64,000 nucleotides of DNA, taken from the IMG/VR virus record IMGVR_UViG_3300029288_005873, positions 1 to 64,000 of that record; one strand, 5' to 3'. Each line of letters starts with the position of its first letter. Within the stretch, counting starts at the first letter, position 1. This DNA comes from a virus (taxonomy: Duplodnaviria > Caudoviricetes). The notes under the pieces were generated by a model, which worked only from the letters and a program-made list of their open reading frames with translations, was not told the DNA's origin and ran no database searches. Position numbers and translations under genes: made by a program. Positions 9,948-21,701 of this stretch are shown here, piece after piece.

Positions 9948-11642
9948 TCAAGCTCCAATAATCATACCAGCCCACATACACACCATTCTGTCGTCACGAC
10001 CTTTTCCATTAGCAAGGTTTATATAGATTTCATACACTTTCTTGCCAGGTGGCAAATGAATCTCGCATTTCCTCTTGTTTGCGAAGGAGGTTTCTCCAAA
10101 TTTAATCTCAGCCACAGAACATGAATCCGTGGCATTCCTTAACTCAACAATTCCCGTCAAACCAAGACGATTGACCTTCCCAACAACCATGAAAGAGACT
10201 AATCCAGATTGACTACCATCAAAAATATAGCATCCAACTAATTCTGGTGTAATCGAACCTATCTTTTCATTGAGTACCAACGCAATTGTCTGCCTACTTG
10301 ATATATCTAGACCAACAATACTGTCGTCTCTACGCACAAGGGCACATCCATCAGGGACTGGACCCATCTTGAGTTTCTCTCCACCAGATTCAGTAATTCC
10401 AATTACATTTGGTTCAGGAAACTCGCCAGAGAGCTGTCCTCTAGCTTTTCCAATAGGAGATCGCGCATCACTTAAACGTTTATCATCTCCACTACAAACA
10501 GTTCCTGTGGAATTCCCATATGGTATAGATTCTAAGCATGTACCTTCATCATTCCATTTCAAAAAACATCCAGAAACTTTGTCTGGAAGTCTACACCCTC
10601 TTAAACCAACAACCATAGGTCTATTGGCATTGCCATCTACATCATGACATAGTTTTATTGTTCCTCTACTATTTCTTGTAGCCGCAGAAATCCAATCATC
10701 AAGCCTGCTGTCTGAATTGGAGCGCGGAATCGTATCAGGAGACGGTTCCTTGGTACCAATCCTATCGTCACCACACATATGATCATTGGCATGTTTTACA
10801 AAAGCCCTTTTCTCCAATCGTGGATCATCACCAGCACAAACTGTACCAGGCTCTGACCCAAAAGCTGCTGAGATGGTCAAGGAGCCTTCCGATACGGATT
10901 TTGTCAAACCGCTCGACACCATTACCATCTCAGAAAGCCTGGAAAAGAGATCTTTATCATCACAATATGCCTGACCCTCATCTCCTATCACAGGAATATT
11001 CAATCTACCATTCCTAGTCAACCTTACAGGTGATCCTTTCGGAGGGCAATAGAAAAGATCTGCCCCTTCTTCGACCTCCCGAAGATACAAAAAACCCTTA
11101 TCGGGAAGAGCCTCAGGATCATTGGTTTTTCCAAAGCAAACAGGTCCATCAAGCTCTAAACCAGAAAGATCAACAATCCTGTGACCCCCCCATGACACGT
11201 CCGACTTTGGCGCATTCGAACCATCAACTTTCATATTCTTTAATGCATCCGCATCAAGCTTATCAAACGCATCAGCAATAGCAATCCACTTATCATCCAA
11301 AGCATCAGGTCCACGCATAACAGGTTTTCTGAGTTTTAGAAACCCCGTACCAATAGCAGCCACGCGCGTATCGGAAAAAGAACCTTCAGTTCCTCCCACT
11401 GTCAATTTGACTTCATACGAACCTGTAATATCAGGATCAAAAGTGGCAGTGGGATTTTTTGCTCCATATAAAACAGCTTTCGACCCAACCGGAGGAAATA
11501 ATTCCCAGGACCACGACTCTACTCCAGCATTGTTGTTGTTTGTTAAGACAACTTTAGAGCCCAAAGAAAGATCATCCCTGTTTCTACCAGGCAATCCTTG
11601 AGGTTTTCCTCTCTGACCTATAACAATAGCTGCAGTAGGCAT
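9948..11642 (-). CDS. Probable virion structural/fibre protein, paralog of 8178-9860
   Basis: WSWEL...FDPDITGSYEVKLTV; GTVCxGDDxRL repeats. Confidence 0.6.
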   Translation of the reverse strand: MPTAAIVIGQRGKPQGLPGRNRDDLSLGSKVVLTNNNNAGVESWSWELFPPVGSKAVLYGAKNPTATFDPDITGSYEVKLTVGGTEGSFSDTRVAAIGTGFLKLRKPVMRGPDALDDKWIAIADAFDKLDADALKNMKVDGSNAPKSDVSWGGHRIVDLSGLELDGPVCFGKTNDPEALPDKGFLYLREVEEGADLFYCPPKGSPVRLTRNGRLNIPVIGDEGQAYCDDKDLFSRLSEMVMVSSGLTKSVSEGSLTISAAFGSEPGTVCAGDDPRLEKRAFVKHANDHMCGDDRIGTKEPSPDTIPRSNSDSRLDDWISAATRNSRGTIKLCHDVDGNANRPMVVGLRGCRLPDKVSGCFLKWNDEGTCLESIPYGNSTGTVCSGDDKRLSDARSPIGKARGQLSGEFPEPNVIGITESGGEKLKMGPVPDGCALVRRDDSIVGLDISSRQTIALVLNEKIGSITPELVGCYIFDGSQSGLVSFMVVGKVNRLGLTGIVELRNATDSCSVAEIKFGETSFANKRKCEIHLPPGKKVYEIYINLANGKGRDDRMVCMWAGMIIGA

Positions 11643-11651
11643 CGTTATCTC

Positions 11652-13583
<1,932 letters not shown>

Positions 13584-14567
13584 CTAGTCAAAATCCCTCA
13601 AGATAGCGTGGGCAAGTTTCTCAGCAAAAATCACTGGGACCGCATTACCCACCATTTTGTACCCATCTGCCACATTCTTGTACACAAATAAAAAATTGTC
13701 AGGGAATGTTTGGACTCTTGCACATTCGCGAACAGAAAGTCTGCGATAGGGCGCAGGCGTCAATTCATCTAATCTAAATAGATCCTTCTTAACCTTGATC
13801 ATCCTACTAGCCTGTGGATGCATGGGCGCATGCCGAGCTCCAGCTTGTATAGTAAACGAAGGCTCATACCAACATCGAACACGATTGCGTGACATATAGT
13901 GTGGAGAGAAATCGCCTATGAAATATTCATGATTTGGAATCTCAAGATTTGGATTCGCTCTATTACCTGGTAGTGCTGGTACTGCTGAATTACGCAAATC
14001 CCAAATAGCATCATTCAACGTTTTCTTGTGTAGGCATTCCTCTGGAAAAGAGAATTCTTTTCCAATATCTTTACGATATCCAACAAAGATGACGCGCTCA
14101 CGATCCTGCGGAATACCAAATAAACTAGCATTAAGTAACCTATGCTTCACGACATATCCTGGACCAGCACTCTCCAGACGACGTAGGATCTCATATAGAG
14201 CCTCAGAATGCCGTGACGCCAATATGCCCGATACATTCTCCGCTAGGAAAAACTTTGGACCCTTGTCCGCAAGAATACGAGCATATTCCCAAAAAAGCTG
14301 TCCTCGCTTATCATCAATACCGCGTTTAGTCCCAAATTCGCTCCACGATTGGCAGGGGGGACCTCCTATGATTCCATCGGCATCAGGTATATCCGAAGAT
14401 GGCACATTAACTATACTACGTTTTTCCAAAATCGTGTCTTGGAAATTGCCCTCGAATGTTGCCCAAATAGCCTTATCATACTCATTAGCCCATGTAATAC
14501 GAAAACCAGCATTGACAAAACCGAGGTCCAGTCCGCCGGCTCCGGCGAACAATGACACAATTCGCAT
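13584..14567 (-). CDS. C5 cytosine DNA methyltransferase (M.HaeIII/M.NgoPII-like)
   Basis: FAGAGG, GPPCQSWS, ENV, PQDRERV, YKMVGNAVP; YMSRNRVR and HPQA segments typical of GGCC enzymes. Confidence 0.93.
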   Translation of the reverse strand: MRIVSLFAGAGGLDLGFVNAGFRITWANEYDKAIWATFEGNFQDTILEKRSIVNVPSSDIPDADGIIGGPPCQSWSEFGTKRGIDDKRGQLFWEYARILADKGPKFFLAENVSGILASRHSEALYEILRRLESAGPGYVVKHRLLNASLFGIPQDRERVIFVGYRKDIGKEFSFPEECLHKKTLNDAIWDLRNSAVPALPGNRANPNLEIPNHEYFIGDFSPHYMSRNRVRCWYEPSFTIQAGARHAPMHPQASRMIKVKKDLFRLDELTPAPYRRLSVRECARVQTFPDNFLFVYKNVADGYKMVGNAVPVIFAEKLAHAILRDFD

Positions 14568-14603
14568 TTCAAATCTCCTCGGATATAAGGTATTCAAAAG
14601 GTT

Positions 14604-15566
14604 CTAGATGTCAAGACGGCGCCTAGCTCGAAAGACTTTAATTTGTACAGTTTTTGTAATCCTTGTATATGGTGGACAAACGGTGTCTTCAGGATTAGCC
14701 AAAACTATTTCTGTTTCGGCATCTTTAATGTAGAAATCACCCGTAGCAACATGCTGCTCAAGAATATCCTTGTCTGCTTGCGGTAGAGCATCATATGTCT
14801 CCGTTCGAAGTATTCCAAACAAAAGTGGAACGGGTTTTAGGAAATCTGGATCCTGTGACAATATTTGGTAAAAACGTTTCAAAGGATGCCACATAGATTG
14901 CATACGACGCGAACGCTGCTGAGCACCCATGCCATCAGTATCTTTTAGACAGAAAAGCTCATTGGTATCAAGGGTATAAGGTAAACCCAACTCTATTGCT
15001 TTGGCTTCCATAAAAGCTCTGGAACTTCGTTCCCATTCCATGCGAGCACGAAAATCTTCACCAGTCAATAAGTCTCCATAAACCATGATGACTATACCAG
15101 ATCCTGTCTTGCGCTCTCCCTTTTTTCCACCAGTTTTACTATCATGTTTATACACTTTTGGAGATTCCAAATTTCCAACAACATAAATTATTTCACGCTC
15201 TCCGCTCTCTGGCCAATCATTAGAATCACGCATTAGGGAAGATAGCCTTAAATCATCCCTCTTCAAGCGAGCAAATGGGTCAGAACTACTTAATTGAATC
15301 TTTGATGCATAGTCCATATCGTGCTTAAATTCAGCTGCAGGACCCATCCATATAAAACCCTCAGGAGGTGAATCATCTCTACTAGTTACAAACACATCAT
15401 TGAACTTTGCCCCAACGGGTGTAAGGAGTCCAAACATGGAATTTTCAAAACTGCTTCCCCTTCCCGAAACCTTGTTACCCTTCTTCTTCAACCTACCTTT
15501 CCAGCCGCGCTCACCCATTATAAAATTGCGCGCCGCCACAAGGATATTTGTTGCAGCATTAGCCAT
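14604..15566 (-). CDS. Divergent NgoPII-family type II restriction endonuclease
   Basis: Collinear matches to R.NgoPII as recalled: NILVAARN, SPPEG..GPAAEFK, LSSSDP, IIYVVG, MVYG, TNEL; lies between two MTases. Confidence 0.65.
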   Translation of the reverse strand: MANAATNILVAARNFIMGERGWKGRLKKKGNKVSGRGSSFENSMFGLLTPVGAKFNDVFVTSRDDSPPEGFIWMGPAAEFKHDMDYASKIQLSSSDPFARLKRDDLRLSSLMRDSNDWPESGEREIIYVVGNLESPKVYKHDSKTGGKKGERKTGSGIVIMVYGDLLTGEDFRARMEWERSSRAFMEAKAIELGLPYTLDTNELFCLKDTDGMGAQQRSRRMQSMWHPLKRFYQILSQDPDFLKPVPLLFGILRTETYDALPQADKDILEQHVATGDFYIKDAETEIVLANPEDTVCPPYTRITKTVQIKVFRARRRLDI

Positions 15567-16719
15567 ATAGACTCCCAATATGCTCAGCTATCGCCCTACC
15601 AAGGTTACATGGAACAGCATTCCCTACCAAAATATGTTGATCCTGGATTGTACCAGAAAAACAATACTCTGGCGGAAACGTCTGTATTGCAGCCTTTTCA
15701 CGGACAGTTATTTCCCGATTCTCCGTAGGATGGATAAGAGGATTACGTGTAACGGTATGAGATACAGTTTCTTTGATTCTACGCAGGTATGTGCCCATAC
15801 GGGGCATCACCTTGTAGAACTGTACACCTGAAGCAAGAACTACAGCAGAAACCTCACCCTCAAGCAATGTGCCGTTTACTGTTCTCAGACAGTAACCGTC
15901 AGATATACGTGCTGTTCTCTTAAAAAGGTCAACTCCTGATAACATGGTCTTGTCGACTGGTAACAGAACTTTATGTTCCAGAGGTAGATCGTTGTAGTAT
16001 CCTCCTTGAGGAATATGGGAAACCAAATCAATCCAAGCTTGTGATTTTGTTTTTCTGTGCTGGTTTGGATGTTTATTTTTGATCTTGGCAAATTCGGACA
16101 TAACCGACACAGACAAGGGAACAGGACAAGGCATAGATGGCACAATACCAAGATCTTTACGTACACCAATGAATACAATGCGCCTACGCATCTGTGGCAC
16201 ATTGAAGTCGGAAGCCTTAAGTACACCAGCTACTACATTATAGCCAGCAGATCCAAATTCTTCAAATATTACATCAATAACTTGCCTATTCCTGCTGGCT
16301 CCATTACCACCAAGTCTCCTTACTTTAAGATCAGCAACATTCTCCATCACAACAAATGGGGGTTTTAGATAACGCACAACGCGCAAAAAATCCATGAACA
16401 GGCTGCGCCTAGGATCATTAAGGTTGTCTTCATTTTCGCAACCGCCCGAAAAAAGCTTGTTTTGATTAAGGCGCGAAAAAGCTTGACAAGGAGGACCCCC
16501 TATAATACATACTATGTCGCCAACACGAGACGTTAACAATGATGGATCAATTTTAGAGAGATCTGACTCGGCAATCTCTACTCCACAATGATTTGCTACA
16601 AGAGTATCAATAGCGGGCTTCCAATTATCTACCATAAGTGCTGGTTCCCAACCAGCATCAATAAACCCCTGATCCATTCCTCCTGCCCCAGTAAACAGGC
16701 TCACAAAGCGCTTGCTCAT
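15559..16719 (-). CDS. C5 cytosine DNA methyltransferase
   Basis: FTGAGG, GPPCQAFS, ENV, PQMRRR, IHPTENREITVRE, VGNAVP. Confidence 0.93.
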   Translation of the reverse strand: MSKRFVSLFTGAGGMDQGFIDAGWEPALMVDNWKPAIDTLVANHCGVEIAESDLSKIDPSLLTSRVGDIVCIIGGPPCQAFSRLNQNKLFSGGCENEDNLNDPRRSLFMDFLRVVRYLKPPFVVMENVADLKVRRLGGNGASRNRQVIDVIFEEFGSAGYNVVAGVLKASDFNVPQMRRRIVFIGVRKDLGIVPSMPCPVPLSVSVMSEFAKIKNKHPNQHRKTKSQAWIDLVSHIPQGGYYNDLPLEHKVLLPVDKTMLSGVDLFKRTARISDGYCLRTVNGTLLEGEVSAVVLASGVQFYKVMPRMGTYLRRIKETVSHTVTRNPLIHPTENREITVREKAAIQTFPPEYCFSGTIQDQHILVGNAVPCNLGRAIAEHIGSLYG

Positions 16720-16721
16720 GT

Positions 16722-16910
16722 TTAGTCCTCATCAACAACCTGCTGAGGCAACTCCTCGGGAATACAATACTCCTCCCCAAGCCAGCGACCAAGGTCAACC
16801 ATCTTACAACGAGCCGAGCAGAATGGAAAAAAGCCTTTTCCGCTTACGTCAAAGGATACACGTTCGCCCCCGCATATGGGGCACTTGCCAATTGCTTCCT
16901 GTTTTTCCAT
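16722..16910 (-). CDS. yacG: DNA gyrase inhibitor YacG
   Basis: CPICG...PFCSARCKMVDLGRWLGEEYCIP signature. Confidence 0.92.
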   Translation of the reverse strand: MEKQEAIGKCPICGGERVSFDVSGKGFFPFCSARCKMVDLGRWLGEEYCIPEELPQQVVDED

Positions 16911-16918
16911 ATATTTGC

Positions 16919-17140
16919 CTATTGGGGACCTGGTATACCAAAAATGGGCATTTCAGTTCCACGATTGTCGTGAGGAGGTCGTTGACCGCCAGAGAAAAGG
17001 TTGTCGAACTCCAATTCCCCATTCTCTAGCATCTCTAGAAACTCCTCAAAATCATTATCCAAAATATCCGCCTGTTCATTCTTCCCTTCATAATCAAGTT
17101 GATCTGCAAGGGAAACTAGAAACTCCGCAAAATTTGTCAT
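16919..17140 (-). CDS. Small acidic hypothetical protein
   Basis: ORF with GAGG upstream. Confidence 0.65.
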   Translation of the reverse strand: MTNFAEFLVSLADQLDYEGKNEQADILDNDFEEFLEMLENGELEFDNLFSGGQRPPHDNRGTEMPIFGIPGPQ

Positions 17141-17174
17141 TTGTCACCTCATACCTAATGACAAACTATTGGCA

Positions 17175-17696
17175 TCATTCAGGCAAAAAATGAGCTAATG
17201 CTGCCCAGCATTCTGGAGACTTCAAAGCGAGCCCATGTTTAGCATATACTGCTAGCGCCTTAGTATCATCATCAAGAAAAACAAAACTGCGTTTACGATA
17301 TTTCGGCAGCACCATATGTTCAAAAACGTCAAGCTTAATTGTGCTAGGTGTACGTTGATCGCCCGGTGGGCGCATAAAAAGCGGAATATCCTTAGGCATT
17401 CCCAATTTTTCACACAACCAGCCTGTGGTTAGTCTACGTCCTAGATTTCTTGACTTACCTATCTTCTCGGATCTACCAGTAAGAAAGACCACGTCACAAA
17501 AACCTTGTAGAACCATAGTCTTCAGGACTTCAGCTCCTGGAAGCACATGTCTTCTAGATACTTCCTCCATGAATAGCTTCACCTGTTCATCAGTCCAAAA
17601 GTCTACATGTGTCTTAAATCGTACGCTTAATCTACTAACAAAATCAGCACTATCACATACTGTTCCGTCTATATCCACTATAAAAAGCGGTTTCAT
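17175..17696 (-). CDS. HAD-family phosphatase (PNKP phosphatase-domain-like)
   Basis: VDIDGT, LTGR, LFMRP, K, FLDDD. Confidence 0.8.
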   Translation of the reverse strand: MKPLFIVDIDGTVCDSADFVSRLSVRFKTHVDFWTDEQVKLFMEEVSRRHVLPGAEVLKTMVLQGFCDVVFLTGRSEKIGKSRNLGRRLTTGWLCEKLGMPKDIPLFMRPPGDQRTPSTIKLDVFEHMVLPKYRKRSFVFLDDDTKALAVYAKHGLALKSPECWAALAHFLPE

Positions 17697-18169
17697 TGTC
17701 CCAATCTCCTTCCTCTGGTTTCCGTCAAATATGCTAGCAGCTCATCAAGCGTATGAAATTCTTTATCCACTGAAGCAAGTAGCCAATTTGGCACCTCGAC
17801 AAATGGACGTGGAGTCACAAGAAGTACCTTCTGTCCACGAAGATGAGCTTCTCCACACTCATGGGCAGTTCCAGCAATAGACTCACCGTCCCACCTGGCA
17901 ATAACCAAATCACAGGCTTCGACTGCAGCAAGGTCTGGAACAATAATGTGCTTTCGAAACATGCGTTTGAATTCTTCAAGATCATTCTTAGATTTCAGCT
18001 CAGCAATCTGAGCCGAAGACAGTTTCTGTTCCTCTATGTCATTGGGAATAACAGTACCGATGCCAATTTCCGCCAATGCGGCAGCAAAAATCCTGCGCCA
18101 CCCAAGACCGCGATCAGCTACGCGATCTATCGCACCAGCAAGGTAAGCTATCTTTTTTCTTCGCCTCAT
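17693..18169 (-). CDS. Nucleoside 2-deoxyribosyltransferase-like protein
   Basis: AYLAGAID...WR, DL..V..CD, GTAHE. Confidence 0.75.
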   Translation of the reverse strand: MRRRKKIAYLAGAIDRVADRGLGWRRIFAAALAEIGIGTVIPNDIEEQKLSSAQIAELKSKNDLEEFKRMFRKHIIVPDLAAVEACDLVIARWDGESIAGTAHECGEAHLRGQKVLLVTPRPFVEVPNWLLASVDKEFHTLDELLAYLTETRGRRLGQ

Positions 18170-18493
18170 TTATGGCTCCTTTAGTTTGAGGCGCAGAAAA
18201 AGCCCGCATTTTGAATGCGTAGCACAAAAAGCCTCAAGTTGCGCATATAATTCAGCCTTAAATACGGGTTTTCCTACCTGGCTGAAGTTTTCTTGTATAC
18301 CAAAAAGTGCCGTATGAACATTGTTATACATAGGTCTGTCAAATAAATGGTACACTTCATCAATGTGCTTGGAGATGGCGGCGTTCCTTTCTGTACTGTC
18401 GGAGATGTCGAGGATCTCGTTCTCGACGCCGCTGCACATCTGGAACTCACCGTGTTTGCGTCCCCAGCATCCAAGAACAAGAACAATTTTCAT
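18170..18493 (-). CDS. Hypothetical protein
   Basis: ORF in gene run. Confidence 0.6.
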   Translation of the reverse strand: MKIVLVLGCWGRKHGEFQMCSGVENEILDISDSTERNAAISKHIDEVYHLFDRPMYNNVHTALFGIQENFSQVGKPVFKAELYAQLEAFCATHSKCGLFLRLKLKEP

Positions 18494-18499
18494 GGTCTC

Positions 18500-19156
18500 C
18501 TATCCAACATTCACCAAGGAGGCTTCAAGAATGTCAGGCTTTATCACTATTGGAAGTTGGACGTATTCGTCTCTCATAAATGCGACTTTGACAAAACCGT
18601 CTTTTTCGGACCTAACCCACAGAATAGTGCTTTCTAATCCATCGTCACGTTTTGACACCATGCCTTTCCATAATATATCAAAAGGGTCCAAGTAATTATT
18701 TACAGAATCCGGACGACAGATTTTAATTCCAGCCTCACGTAGCATTGTCATTGATACCACAAAATCCTCTCTCCACCTACTGGGAATTGAGATATCATCT
18801 ACAACTATACTGACAATTCCTGATTGTATTATTGCACGTACGCAATCGGAACACGGTAGCCAAGAAATAACCATGCTACATCCTTTTAAGGGAATTCCGA
18901 CACGCGCAGCATTGAAGATAGCATTCCTCTCCGAATGTTCTACCCATTTGTATTTCAATGGACGCTCAAGCCTTTTTGGCGCACTATCATTCACGCCACG
19001 CGGAAAACAGTTGTATCCCATAGATCTGATTTCATGATCTGGTCCAACAATTACCGCTCCCACCTTGGTAGATGGATCCTTCGACCGCTTGGCTACTTCT
19101 TTAGCCAACGCCAAAAATGTCTGATCCCATGTTGGTCTAGTCGTCTCCTCCATCAT
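18500..19156 (-). CDS. dCMP deaminase with C-terminal extension
   Basis: RSKDPSTKVGAVIV, GYN, HSERNAI, PCSDC. Confidence 0.92.
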   Translation of the reverse strand: MMEETTRPTWDQTFLALAKEVAKRSKDPSTKVGAVIVGPDHEIRSMGYNCFPRGVNDSAPKRLERPLKYKWVEHSERNAIFNAARVGIPLKGCSMVISWLPCSDCVRAIIQSGIVSIVVDDISIPSRWREDFVVSMTMLREAGIKICRPDSVNNYLDPFDILWKGMVSKRDDGLESTILWVRSEKDGFVKVAFMRDEYVQLPIVIKPDILEASLVNVG

Positions 19157-19538
19157 CTCCCTCCAGCAATCGCAATGTCCTAAGGCATTTTGGTGTTTCT
19201 TCTGCCAAAATAGGTGTAACTCCAACACATGTCAATGTAGAACCATTCGCCTCTTCAGGTTCCAATTTTGTCCGACAAGCATCATAAATTGATTTCGTCC
19301 GTATACCCAATTCGCCCAACTTCTCAATCAAATTCAAAAGTTTTTGTTTAGTCTTAACATATACCACAAGCTTAGTAAATGGACCAGCTAGCCAGCCTTT
19401 TACCTCCGGCGTATCGAGCAATTGCCCTTTGTCTAGAATTGCCCCAAGGGAGGCATGCGCAACTTGTGCGGCTGTCTTTCCTATGCCCATAATTGGTACT
19501 AAATCCTTGCGGACTATGATATACTGAACGTATTTCAT
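19137..19538 (-). CDS. Peptidyl-tRNA hydrolase, Pth2 type
   Basis: QYIIVRKDL, GKTAAQVAHAS, KLVV, DACRT, TCVGVTP. Confidence 0.88.
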   Translation of the reverse strand: MKYVQYIIVRKDLVPIMGIGKTAAQVAHASLGAILDKGQLLDTPEVKGWLAGPFTKLVVYVKTKQKLLNLIEKLGELGIRTKSIYDACRTKLEPEEANGSTLTCVGVTPILAEETPKCLRTLRLLEGDDGGDD

Positions 19539-19927
19539 TTTTCCTCTGGAGTTACTAAAACTGGAGAATAGTTTGGAAGATCATTTAGCTCCCGTGGTAA
19601 AATACCCCGATTGATAAGCTCTCTCGTATGAATGAAAGCCATCATGTTCCAAGCTGCTTGTGCAGCATGATTCTCGTCATCTTTACCCTCAATACATTGG
19701 CATAGATGCCGCATAGCGCTATCGAGAAGCCTAGAAAGGGGAAATCCACGCTCCCAATTCCGGTCGCCATATGCAAGTGCTCCATCTTCATAAACACGTG
19801 CTATTTCGCGCAACGCAAACATGCTGATCAGGTCATAGCGCCCCTTCCCTGTCCGCTTGTCGCGATGCGCACCTGAAGCAAATTCTTGTGTTTCTCCAGA
19901 CACTTTAACTTGATAATCTTTTTCCAT
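19535..19927 (-). CDS. dATP/dGTP diphosphohydrolase-domain protein (DUF5664-like)
   Basis: SGA.RD...GKGRYDLI, YGDRNWERG, AMRH, HAAQAAWN. Confidence 0.85.
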   Translation of the reverse strand: MEKDYQVKVSGETQEFASGAHRDKRTGKGRYDLISMFALREIARVYEDGALAYGDRNWERGFPLSRLLDSAMRHLCQCIEGKDDENHAAQAAWNMMAFIHTRELINRGILPRELNDLPNYSPVLVTPEEK

Positions 19928-19967
19928 TACTTTCTCCTGAGAAAATATAGCGCATAGCTAAAATATG

Positions 19968-20663
19968 TCAAGGAAACTCTATCATTCTGGATGACGTTTC
20001 TTGTCCATGGATTGCGTCAAGACCCATAACTTTAGTAAATCCCAGATCTGCCTCATGGTAACAATGAAAATGCCCATGTATCCACCATGTAGGACGTAGC
20101 CTAATTCCAAGGTCGAGCAACTCTTGACTCAACCCACGAAAACTTGGGATCATCCCTTCCCCGATATCATGTGTCAAAAGTATATCCACTTTCCCACGAT
20201 ACCTTAGAATGGTTGTAATCTCACCTTCACTAAAATGTCTTCTTCGAAGACCGCCCCGTGGTCTTTTGTGACATGCTTCAGAATAGTTTCCCCCTAGTCC
20301 AGCTACAACTATGCCTTGAATATTAAATATTCTACCATTAGGAATATAGAACAGGTTTTCAGCTATTTTGACAGGTTCAGATCTTGGAGCACCCGCTTCT
20401 GCGTCATCTAATAAGCGAAAATGTTCATGATTACCCTTCACAAAAAATACTGGTTTCGAAAAACGCCGTTTTCCATTAGCGTATGCCGAAAATTCACTCC
20501 AGTGACGTCGACGTGGTGGCATTCCACAACATGCCCCGTTGTCATTGTATGCTCCAAAATCACCAGCTTGTAAAACAAAATCGGCACCCGGATTCTGTAG
20601 GATCAAGTTTTCCAACATTCCTAGGCGACCATGTAGATCTCCGACCGCAAGCACTTTTGTCAT
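19968..20663 (-). CDS. Calcineurin-like metallophosphoesterase
   Basis: GDLHG, GDFG, GNHE, LLTH, HGHFH. Confidence 0.88.
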   Translation of the reverse strand: MTKVLAVGDLHGRLGMLENLILQNPGADFVLQAGDFGAYNDNGACCGMPPRRRHWSEFSAYANGKRRFSKPVFFVKGNHEHFRLLDDAEAGAPRSEPVKIAENLFYIPNGRIFNIQGIVVAGLGGNYSEACHKRPRGGLRRRHFSEGEITTILRYRGKVDILLTHDIGEGMIPSFRGLSQELLDLGIRLRPTWWIHGHFHCYHEADLGFTKVMGLDAIHGQETSSRMIEFP

Positions 20664-21262
20664 GGAGAAATCTCTTTTCCAGCAGCAATATCTTTTGCCA
20701 AATCTGTAAGTGTTATAACATCTTGCCTAGTTTCTTTTAGACCAGAATTTCTTAGGCAATAGGCTGGATGGAACATCGGAAAAACAGGTACTTTTCTCCC
20801 ATCAGACCATTGGCGAGACCATACGAGCTTTCCGCGCGCTTTTGTTATACCTTGTATATCACAACTGGCATATAGTGGTGTGCTTCCCAATGCAACAATC
20901 AGCTTAGGCGATACCAAAAGGATTTGTGTATCGAGGTGCTCAAGACACTCTTCAATCTCACCCAAGAATGGTGTTCGATTCTTTTTAGGGCGACACAAAA
21001 TATATACGTGGTTCCTGTCCAATCCAGCTGGACCAAGTATATTGTTTTCAAAGAATTGTCCAGCCCTACCGATCAAAGGAATGCGACGCACCACCTCGTC
21101 CGCCCCAGGTGCTTCTCCAAGAAACATTATATCGGCATAAGGATTTCCTGACGCAAAGACATGTGGGTCAAAACCATCAATCGTTCCTGTCCCCAATGGG
21201 CATCTCTGGCATTCGTAGCACTTCCTCTGTAGTTCCAGGATCTTTTCCTTTATTTGGTACAT
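20660..21262 (-). CDS. Uracil-DNA glycosylase family 4
   Basis: CYECQRCPL Fe-S Cys, GEAPG, GRAG, CRP, FHPAY. Confidence 0.88.
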   Translation of the reverse strand: MYQIKEKILELQRKCYECQRCPLGTGTIDGFDPHVFASGNPYADIMFLGEAPGADEVVRRIPLIGRAGQFFENNILGPAGLDRNHVYILCRPKKNRTPFLGEIEECLEHLDTQILLVSPKLIVALGSTPLYASCDIQGITKARGKLVWSRQWSDGRKVPVFPMFHPAYCLRNSGLKETRQDVITLTDLAKDIAAGKEISP

Positions 21263-21701
21263 GCTTATCCTTTTCGGTAAGATCCACAAGGATCATAGAA
21301 AGTCTTGATACAACCTGCTCATAACGATAGCGCAGTTCGTCTCTCAATTTATCATTATCCCCGGTGGCAACAATTATTCCCCTCTGGAAATCTGCTGTAA
21401 GCAGATGTAAAATCTCATGACATGCTGTTTCGCAAGCAACCTTTTTTAATTCATTTTCGGGAAGTGATAAAAGTGATCTTGAGACATATATGTCTGCTGT
21501 ATAATGCTCAGCAGCTCCAATATCAACGCAGGCGGCACCATGTAACATATCTCCATCGTCAACGATAACAACATTTACGGTCCACACTGGATCGATCAAC
21601 AATTTTCTGTACCACTTTCGTACTGCCTTGGTGAAAACCTTACCAGCTTTTCTTTCATGTGCTGTTAATCCAGTAGACGGTCGTGCTACAACACGATCCA
21701 T
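21177..21701 (-). CDS. Hypothetical protein with HExxH motif
   Basis: ACHEILH; 3' end overlaps UDG start. Confidence 0.55.
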   Translation of the reverse strand: MDRVVARPSTGLTAHERKAGKVFTKAVRKWYRKLLIDPVWTVNVVIVDDGDMLHGAACVDIGAAEHYTADIYVSRSLLSLPENELKKVACETACHEILHLLTADFQRGIIVATGDNDKLRDELRYRYEQVVSRLSMILVDLTEKDKHVPNKGKDPGTTEEVLRMPEMPIGDRND

